Both the position numbers and the translations under genes were made by a program. A stretch of DNA of 64,000 bases from Marsupella aquatica. Its lineage: Eukaryota; Plantae; Marchantiophyta. Positions 25,301 to 38,260 of the stretch are shown piece after piece (the stretch's first letter is position 1; each line of letters begins with the position of its first letter). The stretch covers positions 10,665,875 to 10,729,874 of the forward strand of contig OZ316891.1 of NCBI GenBank assembly GCA_973895155.1, in the 5' to 3' direction. A model generated the notes under the pieces. The model ran no database searches and had not been told where the DNA came from. It saw only the letters and a list, made by a program, of their open reading frames with translations.

Positions 25301-28300
25301 GAGGTCTAGTGATTGAAAAGTACACATGATCAGCTAAATACCCTTCAAACCCAGGTTTAATTTAGTGTTAGCTCATGAAAATATATGAAATAAATGTAAA
25401 ACATATGTAAATACAGGAATTATATTTAAATGCTACGAATTAGACAAGAGTAATTAAACTAAAGTATGCATGTTCAGATAACTATGCATTTTGCCCCTAG
25501 ATCGAAGGTGAGTCTGACGTGAGTACTTAAGAAATCAATGACTGTAATTTGCCCTTGTCTAAATAGTGATACAAAACGTTTGCAGTTTTCTAGTAGATAT
25601 GTCAATGAAACACCTGCCGGGAAACTCAATTGGGGTACATTACTTTTTGATTCTCACGTCCTTAATCAACAGGTTCAGTTGAAGTTACCTTCAGCATCAG
25701 ATCAAATTCTTTCACCTCCTTATGTTGCTCCTTTGTAAACCCTTTTGGATTTCCCAACATCCACTTCGGTCGCTGGATTTCAGACTCAACAGACAAAACC
25801 TCAACCTTCTTCTCTAACTTACCTCCCATCATGTCTAATAGTGCCCGCTCTGCAGCATCATTACCTGCTCTTAACCTGCACATTTAAATTTAAGACAAAC
25901 ACCCGTAAGCCACCATTACTTGGCCAGTGTATGTCCATCTCACATGCCTATGCTCAGATAGATTAGTCAATTCAAATAAAAATTCTTCAATCAGAATGGA
26001 GACCGATTTTGGGTTCATATCATTCCCAACGTTTTTGTACCTCAACATCCAGACTAATCACGACCCGAGAAAAAGTTTGGTCCAGCTTCCCTTACCCTTT
26101 GAATCTAGGGGATTGGGCTGATGCTTACCTCTTTTGCTCCTCTTCAATTTTACGTTGCTCTTCAGCTTTTGCTCGCTCAGCTTTATTCAAGTATTTTTGA
26201 ACCAAAACTTCTTCGTTCTTTACCTCAAAAATATCTGGCATTCCCTGAAATGATATGCATAACGCATTTTGATACATCAGTCTTGATTGACACGGTTATT
26301 ACGCATCATTGTTGATAAAAGAGAAGTCCAAATTCGTCGATCAAACTTTCCGGAATATTCTGCAGAGCATCATTCTCAAAGCATGGATATTGGATTGTGC
26401 CCTTAATCTTGAAAATATTTGGCTCGATAAGAAGAGACCCTGAATGCATTTTGAGAAACCCTTCTTAGATTTTCTTGACTTTTCCTTGAAGATGAAAACC
26501 ACCACATTATCAACTTTCGTGAGATAATCTTCTTGAGGTCTTGAAAGGATATTATCATCTGAGAACATGGTGTACAAACGTTCAAGGAAGGAATTCACTT
26601 ACTTCAATTGATTCATTGAGAGCTTGGAATGGAAAGTCCCCCTGCCCTCCAAGCATTCTATGCAGCTCTTTGATCCTAACCCGCATCTCAGCTATCTTTG
26701 AAATGAGCTGAATCTTGTTCTGTTTAGTTGACTGCATCTTTGTATTAAATGCTGCTCTGATCTCCTGAAGTTGTAAGTAAAGCAAATAACGCTGCAACAC
26801 AATCTCTGTATTAGCATGCATGGAAGGTTCCTCGATCCTGTGGAACATCAATTTGCCCGATCGTAATTGTTGATGTGGAGGGGTCACGGACCAACCCAAC
26901 ACAGTCCTCCATTATCCTCTCAATCTCGAAGAGTCAATCTTAGCCTACGTAGGACGGATTATGAGAACTTCTGGAGATTCTCGTCTAACCTCCAGCCAGG
27001 GTTCAATGTGGTTGTATTCGGACAACCACGCATGTGAACCCTCACGAGTACACATACTTTGTTGATTTTCGTGTTTGAACGAGAGAGAAACAATCATTTT
27101 TCAAGTACAGCCGACGCATACAGTACCCCACTAATTCCCTGTTGACCGAGTCAAACACAAACCCTCATGTAAGTCTCAAATGATATAACTTAACAAATCC
27201 TCGGACATGCTTAAACACTATTTGCCTGAGGAGAAACACATTCTTGATAGGTATTTCGACATTTTTTACCCTGGGAACCTGAAGGGTAAGCATATTTTTG
27301 CCCCTTGCCTGGTCGGAAGCAATTCTAAAAATCTTACTTGTAAACGTTTTCGCTTTGAAGTAGTCAGCTCAAAAGTTCCATATAAAAAGGTCTCGGCGGG
27401 GGCAGTCTCGGTGATGTAGAGTTCAACTTCCTCATCATCATCGGTGTCAAGAACCGTGGGAAGGACGGTAGGAGCCCCTGAAGCCGCAGGAGGTGGTGCT
27501 GGGGCTGTAACATCTGTACCCACGTTTGCAGCAGGCTCTGCTTCACTGGTAGGACTCTTTGCTGCGGTGGGATCTTTCGAGATGCTTCCCCGTCGACTCC
27601 CACCATGTTCAGTCTCTCCAGAATTTGCCTTTGCCTCTGCAGCCAAAGACTCTTCAACTGAGTCATTTTCCTCCAAGGTATTGTCATCCTTGCTTCGGCC
27701 TGTTTGGTCTCCTTCTGTGGGCATGTCTGATGCACTGCTTTCTTCAAACCGAGCTGCCTCAAATGCAGCACTTTGAGCAGCCTCTAATGCAGCCTGGTCT
27801 GCTGCCTGCTTTACAGCAAGCTCGGCTGCTTCTCTTGCTAACCTCTTATTTAATTGTTTAATGTAGTGCCATTCTCGTATTTCTACAATCCGGATTTGTT
27901 TCGCAAGGTCGGCCAAATGGAGATTAAATCCGCACTCCTTGAGTATTGGAAAGCTTTGAACTGCATGTCCCGTGACAAAAGGGTAAAGATATACCTCTGT
28001 ACAGGACACACGAAAGAAGGATTTGATGCAGAAGTCAGTAAACCTTCTAGAATCCTACAAATGTGTATAAATAAACGCTCAATTCTATGTGGATAACACT
28101 TTATGACACTGTACTAACTCAGAAGTACATGGAAAGCACGTAAACTTCAAGCAGATGATACAATTTAGGGCTGGACTACAGGACTTTGCAACACCTACCA
28201 GGATCTTGCATCGACCCATAGCATTCCTGCTTGATGCGCTCCACTAACACATCCTTTTTCAAGTCACTGTACCTCACCTGCTTGCAAAACCTGGATTTGA

Positions 28301-31300
28301 AATAAGCAAATCTCTCGCAAGTTTCAGAACCTGCAGAAATGCTCCTATTTCAACCATCACATTACAGTGTAGAGCTAATTCTTCTTTTCCAAATTTAACG
28401 CAAAAGAAGCTGCCATGTATAAAGCATGATACAACCAACATTAGTATCTGAGAATGGGTACCTCTTCTATTACTGCATTCACTTTTTTTTGCAACTCTTT
28501 TCGCAGGTTTCTCTCGAGATCCAAATCCACAAGTAGCTCTTGTGGTGATAGCTTTTCTAATTCTGGAGCCTGATAACGGAAAAGCTGTCATGTGATCAGG
28601 GATATTTCTTTTGCAAGGTTTGTTGGTTTACACTAATCTTGAAACTGTAAAAGACAAAGAAGAAACTAAGCAGCGGGGTAATGGCAATACTTGTAAGTTT
28701 TTATCGTACAACTCTTGAAACTCTTGTTTCAGTACTTGAACTTGACGCTGTAACTCCATCCTATAAGGTTGCCCTGCTAACATATATCTGCCCAGAGAAG
28801 CCGGCCAAGATTGGTTAACACATAGTCTCCATAATTTGCCTTTTGTTTGGCTGTGTATCAATGCCACCTACGAGAACAATCGGCTGAACGAAGAGGAAAG
28901 GTGTAGGGGAGAAATTTACACCCATGACAGCGAGTTGTACAGGGAAAGAAGCCCACAAGCGAGACAACTATTAGAAACATTTTCTCTGAGGACTGTCCAG
29001 TGTATCAGATTCCCGAGCACCTAAACGGAGAGCTTGATTAGATTCACTACCTTGCTTCCACGTTTTGTTCGTGCTTCTGCACAACTGATAGCTCGTCTGC
29101 TATGCGAATCTCAGATTCAATGCTGACCCGTGAAGTCCTTTTGGATGGCGGTAGGTCCCCTGTATGAACACAGGACTGACTACAGGATCAATCATTTTTG
29201 CCAACATATACGACCATAATCTAGCATTGAAAACACTTAGCGTACTACTAGTATAGGGGTAAGCATCAGGAGTCTTTCGAAATCTCTCTCAAGGAGTAAA
29301 CCCGACACAATGCACACATTGATGTAGAACTGCTATGACATCCACTCCTCCCAACATCCAGATTCAAACATGACACCTAAAACTAGTTTCCAGGAATTAG
29401 ACTAACCTAACTTTCAACATTTAAATCAATATGACGTCTAGATAACAGTATCAAGACTTGAATTTATCTAATTTGCCTGGTGTTGAACGGGTGATTAGTA
29501 CTCTAGCTATATGTGTAATATCTCGTTTGAACTGAAAATTATTGGGGTCCTTGGTCAAAAGTTAAGGTCTTCAGTGAAATCAGTTGAACTCCAAAATCTC
29601 AACAACCTCACTGAAAGCAAATGAGAGACCTACCAACAGCGGGTGGCTTTCCTTTTCGTAATCCACAATTGTTTGTGTCACAACAAAATATGACCCCACT
29701 GGCCCCTCCTGTATATATTTTTCCATTGACTATAGCCAAGCACGTTATTCCTCCAGTGAAGGCATCATACAACCGGTGATCCAAAACTCGTTGGGGTGTA
29801 TGCAGAGGGTCAAATACACGGCTTCGAATCTGAACTGCTCCATCTTCACCTCCAGTAATCAGCACAGCCTCGAAAGCACCCAATACTGCAGTAAAGAACT
29901 TATTCTCAGCCACTACATAACAGATGCATATCGCATGGAAATTGCAATCCAAGCAGGACGCGAACATCTACCTTGATTTAAAATGGCAACCAGTTATCCC
30001 GACAGTTGGTTCCGGAGGAAGAGAAGGGACTAGGCATTTTCCTTTTCTGCTACACTACCGAATGAATTATTTCAGTGTCGAGGTCCAACCTGCATTGTGA
30101 TACCTCTGAATTTGCTAAAGTAGTCTAGAAGGCACAAGGAAAATGACTAGGGGCCATGACAAACTGTTAATAATCTAGAGTGCCACCTTTTTTCTCGTTG
30201 AAGTTTGGTTTCATTACCAAGGGTCGAGCCAGACTTTTGATGCCCTGGCACATTGAAGTGTGGGGCATGAGCTGAGGCCTCACTTCCTGTCCATGCACTA
30301 AGATTTTCTGGGAGTCTGTACTGTTGTAGCTTCTTGTCTGCCCCAAAACCCCATACAACCTTTCTCTCGACCTCCTCTTTTTCCAAATAATATGTCCCAG
30401 AAGCCATGGCATTAAGAGGCACTGGGATTCGAAAGCTGCATCAACAACCATGTTTCAGCATCCAATGAAAACAAACAGGTCATCATACAGAAGAATTTAT
30501 ATTGCGTTTTCGATCTTTGCGGCCAAAAGTCAAAGATTCTTCTGCATGCCGATGAAGGTCGATCTCAAACTTATGTAGAGGAGTATCTGGATACCTGATT
30601 TGTCTTAGTATCTTGCTATCTATGAAAAGGCTGCCTCCAGGACTTCTTGCAACAGGCACTTTGAGCTTCACGATTTCTCCACGAGCCAATGAAAGCAACA
30701 CATATAAGTCCTCCGAACCTGTCTTTCAGATTACAACACATAATAACAAATAATCAGTTCCGAATTTGTTGACTTTCTATCATTTCGTTCCAATTCCTTG
30801 TTTATTTTGAATGACTTTCAATTCATCAAACTGTGATTAGTAACCTTCCCATTAGACATTTAGATTCACAACGATCTTAGCTTCTGCTTTGGTATTCTGT
30901 AGTCGGTTTCTGCGTTTTTCAAATTGAAACAAAGTGTACCTGTCTGTCCAACCACTCACTCCCAACACCAATTGATGAACGGTGGCTCAAAGAACATTTT
31001 TCAAGCTTGCTTTTTGGGACGACAAATGTATGCATCTCATTTGGTACAAGCATGAGTCCATTCTATACATCATTAAAATACCCCCTTCTATCCAACACTG
31101 CCCTTACAAAGTAGGGACAAGTCTGGTTAGTACCTTGAACAGGTATATCCCATGTATGAGCCAAAATAGGGTTCTTCAATTCCGCATAACCCAGCAACTC
31201 TAGATCCTCAAAATCATATGACTTATTAAGCAGGAAGAAGAAGCGCCCATCTTCCTTCGATGCAGCTACTACAAATGCCTCGTTTCCGCTGAAGCTAATC

Positions 31301-34300
31301 TGATCATACGAGAAGTTAGTGAAAGTCCATGCATGATAGAGCAAACAATCTTAAAATTCCTTATCAACACAAGGACTCTAGATGACCACTGATTTTACCT
31401 GGTCGAGCGAACCAGAATGCAGCTTCATATACAAAACAACTGCGGATCGACCAATATGGTCTACTTTGAGAACGTTAAGGGCACCATTTGCTGCTCCAAT
31501 CGCCACAACATTCTGTGAGCAAAGCAATTTTAGTATAATTGAAGTTCATCTGGCATCACAGTAAATTCTCTCTCATTTAAGATTCTGTGTCTCCGATATC
31601 GCTATGACAAAAAGGGTGGAGCACAAACTCGTCATATAGAAAGGTGAACACGTTCCGAAACCTTCCTGCTTTGAGGCCGTCGTGATGAGTTAAGCGTTCA
31701 AGTAATGATATCTAGAAGTTCATGATTCGCATATACAAGAGAGAGAGACATTCACAAGATCCAATATTCTTCGAGGACTTATTACATGTTTGTCACTCGT
31801 AGCGAGGCATGTTTGAGCAGCTTCAAGATATAGCCGTGAAACCTCTTTTCCCCGATCTGAAGTCCAACTTCGTACTGTACCATCGTTCCCGGCAGTCACC
31901 ATGAACTTTGCCCCTCTGTCAAATTGCAGGCTCTTGTCTCAGTAAGCTGTTTCCAAACAGTTTTCCAGAAGTACCACAAAAGAACGACAAGTACCAAACA
32001 CACAACAAAGAGATAGAAGGTAAGGATATACTTAGTGACTGGACTTAAGTGAGGCAAATACTGCAAACTAAAAGAATCTGCTGACTGCAGTAACCGAGTT
32101 TGTGTAAAAAGCATGCCACCTTATAAAGCCAATCGCCAGTATTGCCCCATCATGGAAATCACTCTCCCAATCAATCTCCGCCCCTCTCTCAATACTAGTA
32201 AGAGTTGGCAACAAGTCCGGAGATGTGGCCCTCAGTTGTGATTCCATATTGTTTTGATTCACCTTTACTGTTAAGATCAGGCCACTTGAAGCTCCAACTA
32301 ACAGCTGCAAGCCATCACTTCTGTATTGCATGCTTCTTACATGGGGCACGTTCAAAGCGAGCTCACACACAACTCTGGACACGCACTCCAAGCTAGCACC
32401 GGTCTTATAATCTTCACTCTCATCATGCTTCTCATCATCTCTCCCTCTCCTTTTTTTCCTCTTGTTCTTCTTCTCGCCTTTCTTCTTTTTGGGTTTCTTT
32501 TCTTCTATGGGCTCTTTGGATACGACAATCCATCGCATGCGCCCTGCTTCTCCAACCACCACAACGTGCCCATCTTGGGCACACATGTGAGTGATCCTTC
32601 CCACCTCTTCAAGAGCGATTAGGAATTTCCATTTTGTCGCTGCAACTTTATTCTCCTCTTTGATCTCGTCGTTTTTTTCTTCTTGCTTTTCATCGTGTCT
32701 ACGCTTTTTCTTTTGGTCTACTTCTTTTGTTTGTGAAGCAATCTTTACTGGCGGAGGAGGCTTCACATTAAAAGAAAGTACCACACCCTTCATACAGCCT
32801 ACATAAATGATGTCACTATGTGTTGCCCAAGTATGGCTGTGAGGAGCATACTGGTCAGCAACGAGTTGCTTCCCCGTGAAAATGGTCCTCTGCGAATTTA
32901 AATGTGGATCCACAACTTAGCCTCTGACGCTTTAGCCAGCTCTGTTTATTGCTACACTTAGCTTCTATAATGGACTCCACTATCCCAAACAGCTGCAGCT
33001 AAGTGTTCAACTAACCATGAAGCACGTCAACAAATATACGTTTTTCAACGAAAGGCACAGGGAGGGGCTTACATGGAAGCTCCTGTGGAACGTCCATAGA
33101 TGGAGTTGGCCACTCCCACTAATGCACACACGATCAGGTGATACGGGACTAAAACTCATATACTCAACACACCAGTCAATTTCTGCTTGTATACATTTAA
33201 CCACCGTTCCTTTCTCTTTGTCTACGTCCCAAAGAATCTGCACACCAATGCCCAACCCAGAAAAAATTTGTTGTGATAAAGTCGAATTCATATCATTCCA
33301 AGACCTGCTCTTATATGGTTGGATCAGTCTCACGGAAATCAACATACTACTGTAGATGCCTTTCAAATGATTGTCACATCTCGTTCGTACTAACATAGGA
33401 TACAATGATTGGACAAAACCCTAAACTCCGCTGTTCTCTTAGATATCCAGAAAATATACGAATTTGTAGAGTCTTTACCTACAGTTCATGTTGATAATGT
33501 ATGACAGAAACAAATTAAGCCATCCCAATTTGGCTATGTTTGCAGCCCTAAACCAATCATTGTAGTCACGTAGGACTAATTGCAGTTCCCTACACGTAAA
33601 GGGGCGAGAAAACCATGAATGCAAGACTTATTCACCATGTAGTATGCATGAAATGTGTACCAGCCTAAAGTCAGGCTCTCGAGAGGCAGTACACAATCGA
33701 GACCCATCAGCTGAGAAGGCAATAGCAGTGACTTCCATCTCTGCTACCTCTGCAATTTCAAGCAGAAATCGTACATTGACAAATTGCGCAATGGAGTGTA
33801 TAGACGATGACTGAATTGATCAGCTCCAAAATGCATGCTAGACTGCAAACTAAACTTGAATTTCCAGGAAAAGAAAGTTACCCGTCAGAGATGCCACTAC
33901 GGTGTTTGTCCCACAATCAAAAATATGTACCAAAGGCTTCAAACCCTGAGAATCAATGGTGAATGTGAGGTTGTGCACTTGTCCATTGAGACTCACAAAG
34001 AGATCGGAAATTAAAAAACAAGGCACCATAAAAGCCCAAAGCCAAAGAGATTTCTCCGCTACTGGATTAGACACTTTTACTGCTTTCGTAAAAACCATAC
34101 ACACTTGCACGGAGAACTACAGTCTCAAATGATCCACTATTTCCGAAAGTCCGCAATTTCCGCACCTCAATCCAACTATTAAGCAATTATGTTGTGAAGT
34201 TTCTATTGATGGAGGTGCTGGGACGAGCAATCACCCACTTCCCAGATAGGGAACTAACCAACCTTCTCAGCAAATGCAACATAGTCTAGTGCTGGCTGAT

Positions 34301-34455
34301 ACGCTGTGGTAGAAAACCCATAGCCCGTGCCCCACATGAGATGTTTGTTGGCACCACCCGAGAGGGAGTAGTAGACCAGAGAGTTGCCACATACTCCCAG
34401 GGCTGAACTTTGGGACGCGTAATGGAGTTGGGTTCCATGATAGCCAAAGGCAAAC
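19352..34455 (-). CDS. CFAP43: Cilia- and flagella-associated protein 43 (WDR96): N-terminal WD40 repeats and C-terminal coiled coil; start codon not resolved
   Basis: Many minus-strand exons. N-terminal FAFGY..CGN (34455-34262). WD40 motifs: AEMEVTAIAFSADGSRL, FHDGAILAI, VTAGNDGTVRSW, LITGGEDGAVQIR. Coiled-coil hallmarks: ERIKQECYGSM, AERALLDMMGGKLEKK, KMKQGLVE, LQLLRVTK, and the terminal EQAEQLEELRKELEETRARIVP. Stop TGA at 19354-19352. Confidence 0.85.
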
Positions 34456-35819
34456 CTGCAAAACAGCCAGCCTATTATTTCATCACCATTTATTCTCTTT
34501 AATATTGTAGTAGGAGATATTCTAAAGAGTAGATTGTCTCTGATATGCATCTAAGTCGTCTTGGCTACAGCTCACCTTTTGGCTAGAGCTTACAGAATTT
34601 TATCTGACTCGAACTCTCCACATCTCCTATTTTCCCTTATTCCAATCTCTTATGGGAACGTAGTAAGTACCGAATATTGACTTACTCACTCTTTCATGTA
34701 CTAACTGAACTTAAATTAAATTAAATACTTGGTCCAGTGGCTCGAAGCGTCTAGTGGACTCTCAAATCATTCGGTTAAACTCTGTTTTTCGAGTGTCAGG
34801 CTGGTAGTAAGTAGAGTATACTGCTTGGAGCTTTCATATGTCCAGGATAGACCGGTGGACAATTTCCCCTGTACGGTGAGAATCCTCTTGCCTGGTAAGG
34901 CAGAAGGCAACTAATTTGGACTGGCAGAGAAATTTGGCAGAACTGCGGGGCATTTCACCTCTCCTTTTCTACTTCACATTCTGACCGTCTGTGGGCATTC
35001 CACTACGAGAGGACTGAATTTATTTTGTAATCCATTCTTCACTGTGCACAGCTTCAATTGTACTCTTCCAATCATGTATTGAGCCAAAAGGCCTCAATAA
35101 TAACACTCTCGTGTCTCATCTCCCTCTTGGATCGCAGTATTCCAAATGCCAATTACTCATTTAGATACAGATTCTATGATTCGTTCCACTCAATTCATTT
35201 ATTCATTCGGGCTATATCCCATGGATGCTTCTATCGAGAGCTTGCATTCAGTCTTGCTAATTTCTTGGGATTCTTTCAGTCAATTCTTCATTCAGTCATT
35301 TGGTCGTACTTTCTTGCAGATTCCTGCCGGTGGTTTGATCGATCTTTCATTCATGGAACGCTGTTGCTGATTCCCTTGGACAATTTCAGGTGAATCCTTC
35401 ATGCACTCAATGATACATTCGAGCTGATTTTGGATTACTTCATTCAATTCATGCATTGGTGCAATTATTCAGACGATTTTAAGCTACAATTGGCATCAGT
35501 GTACCAGAGTCCAGTCTCGCGAAATCTTACTCATAAACGAGATTGCCGGCAGGTGCTCCAGAAGAAATTGACATCGTTCCTCAACTCCGTAGACCAATAC
35601 CACTCCACGACCGCGGAACTCGTCCAGTCAGAATAATGTTACCTTTTCATCTTGAATTTATCTTTGCCCATGTGCGCTTGATGCACACACACCTTCCTCA
35701 TCGCTCCATTTCTGTTCAGGGAGGCCCTCCTTCTCCTCCGAACGCCTTGCATTGTGGTAAAATGGTAATCCAGAACAGCTTATGTCCGGTCCCTGCTTGT
35801 TATTTACATCCTTATTATG

Positions 35820-37470
35820 TTTTTGTCGCTACGAACAAACCTCTCTCTGCATTAAACAATCACGGGCGTTTTACCTTCTAGGTCTATGGAAAGGAATTCG
35901 ACTTAGGTCCCTTCAACATTCCTCGTTACATTGTTTTTTAAGGCGTTCCCAAAAGAACGCTCGAGCGAAATGCGGCGGAAATTCTGCAACGCGACATTGT
36001 CGCGTAACTGAATTGAACTGTTGAGACAGAGGAAATGACATCAATCACTTTTTTATTATTCTTTTCGACAAAAATAAGTCCACATCGCACCACAACAAGA
36101 ACAACAGAGTCAATAGAGAGAGAGAGGTCCTGCTACCCAACGGATGGTGGTGGAAAGCACGTTCGGCAACGCCGGGATGCGATTTCTCCAGGGAATTCCT
36201 CCCAGACAGATGTGGAGCTGAGAATCTTGCTCCGATTTTCGATTGGCGCACTACCCTAATCAAATTATCCGCACTGCACCCCAATTTACACAGTACAGGA
36301 CGGTTGGACAAAACTCGATTCCGTTGCAGATGAATTAAGGGCAAGGTTTTTGCGCCCATGCTAGAAATCTATAAAACATTTCATAACCCGTATCCGAATG
36401 CAAATTCGAGATTGTTTCCAATGCTGCATTTCCTGAAGGTTCGGGAAATCGCATACGTAATGTGTTCCTTTAACGAAGAGTAACGGGACGAGACTAGTCT
36501 TTGTACCCTGTCTCGAGGATAATTTATTCTCCTGTATAAAGTACTGTACAGTAGTCAAATGAATGGTTTCAGCAGTCAGTCTCTTAAAATCATCGCGGAT
36601 AAGAGGTGAACCTATTGATTCTCGTCAGATTTTGTCTCTAGAAAAGAGTCATTCAATAAAGTTGTACTCTCTTCTGAAGCGGTTCCCTGGGCGAACCCAC
36701 TGGTGAATATCCTCGCCGTCGAGCAAGAGGTTTGAGGTTTGGAAACGCAAGACTTCAACTCCTCTGGAGCTTTGTGAGAATCGAGCACTGAAAATGTCGT
36801 TCGACTCGCGCTCATGTAGATTCTGGAACGAGCTTTTCGGAGATTTTTCAGCGTGACACCGCAAATCTACATTCTACATATATAATCGCCAAAAATCGTC
36901 CCTTTACATAATGAGATTTGGTGGGAACATTGGCTCACCATTGGATTTATATTATCCTTTATTCCCACCTTTGATCAGTTACAAATGAGTGCAACCAAAG
37001 CAAACAAGACACTGTTATCCTTTATTCACACCTTTGATCACGTGCAACCAAAGCAAACAAGACAATAAGATACCTACTGTAGGTAGCAACTAGGTGATAA
37101 TAATTGTGAGTGAACACCTAGCAAGTACGAAAGCATAATTTTTTGTCACATATGAATATTTAATAGTCTATGCGCAATCATTAGATGCGAAAGTAGTTTG
37201 TGTTATTGGAAGGAAATAGATGTATAATTAGAAATACTCACCAGCTAAATGGGTTTAGATAATTTTGAACAACATATTTATTAGTGGGAAGGGAATTTTG
37301 CAGTTTTGATTTTTTGTTCTTTCTCATAAAGCTAAATTTTGATTTTCCCTTTCAATGTATCTTTGATGTAATGATAGGGGAAAGGAGTGTCTTTATAAGT
37401 AATCTTGGTTCATTATTTAGGTTCAATTTCACACAAAACGATGGGAATATCTTAGGACTTCAGAATTTCA
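35820..37470. repeat. Left arm of a large inverted duplication, upstream of CFAP43
   Basis: The reverse complement matches 44667-45690 (outer part) and ~43010-43578 (inner part). ORF 36045..36359(-) and ORF 45262..45486(+) share VVRQSKIGARFS...KSHPGVAERAFHHHPL. Confidence 0.92.
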
Positions 37471-38260
37471 CAATTCAAGGCTAATCAAATCTGACCCAGG
37501 CATTGAATTAGACCATAGTTTCACGAATGCTTAACAATTTGCAAGAGAACTAGCATGGCTGGATCGATGTTGGTGAGCATATCAGTACTCCGTACTAAAT
37601 CCTAATAAGCAACTGCATCGCTCACACTTTTCTTTATGGATGCAAAGGAATTATAAGACACTAGCCCCATGCCTGTGCGTTGCACAAAAGATGTTGAGGT
37701 GAGGAAAAGATGTTATGATAAAAAAAGATGTTGATGAGAAAAAAGGAAGTTGAGGAGAGAAAAAGAAGTTGAGGTGAAAAAAAGATGTTTGTTGAACTAA
37801 GACATAATTTGTAACGACCATACAACCATGACTCATTTCATGCACACATAGTCGACACAATCTCTACGTGGTTCACCTCTTCTCCTAGGTTACGTCCACA
37901 CAAACACTCAAGCTTTACTTCAAGAGTAGATGAACACACATCCTCTCCCTCTTCCTCAAGTTGCTCCGTTACAATGAGTAAGCACTACACACCAGCGGCT
38001 TACACTAGCCTTGGTATATACAAGGTCACACACGACTAACCTAACCTCAGGTCACGGCTGGTCACTTGGCAGCTGTACCAGCTCCCATGTTTTGTTGTCA
38101 CTTAAAGATTGCAACTCCCTCTGCATTGCTGCATTCCATTTATCTTTCTCGTCTGAAATGCATGCCTCATGATATGAAGAAGGTTCTTCTTCTTCCAAGA
38201 TCAATGCTCTATCATCATCATCATCAAGTGCAATGTCAACATCATCTAACCTTGATGAAT

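Noticed and set aside
36035-36359. Paralogous small proteins from ORFs 36045..36359 and 45262..45486
   Set aside because: The similarity is at DNA level, with different starts and frame-breaking indels between copies. There is no sign of coding constraint.
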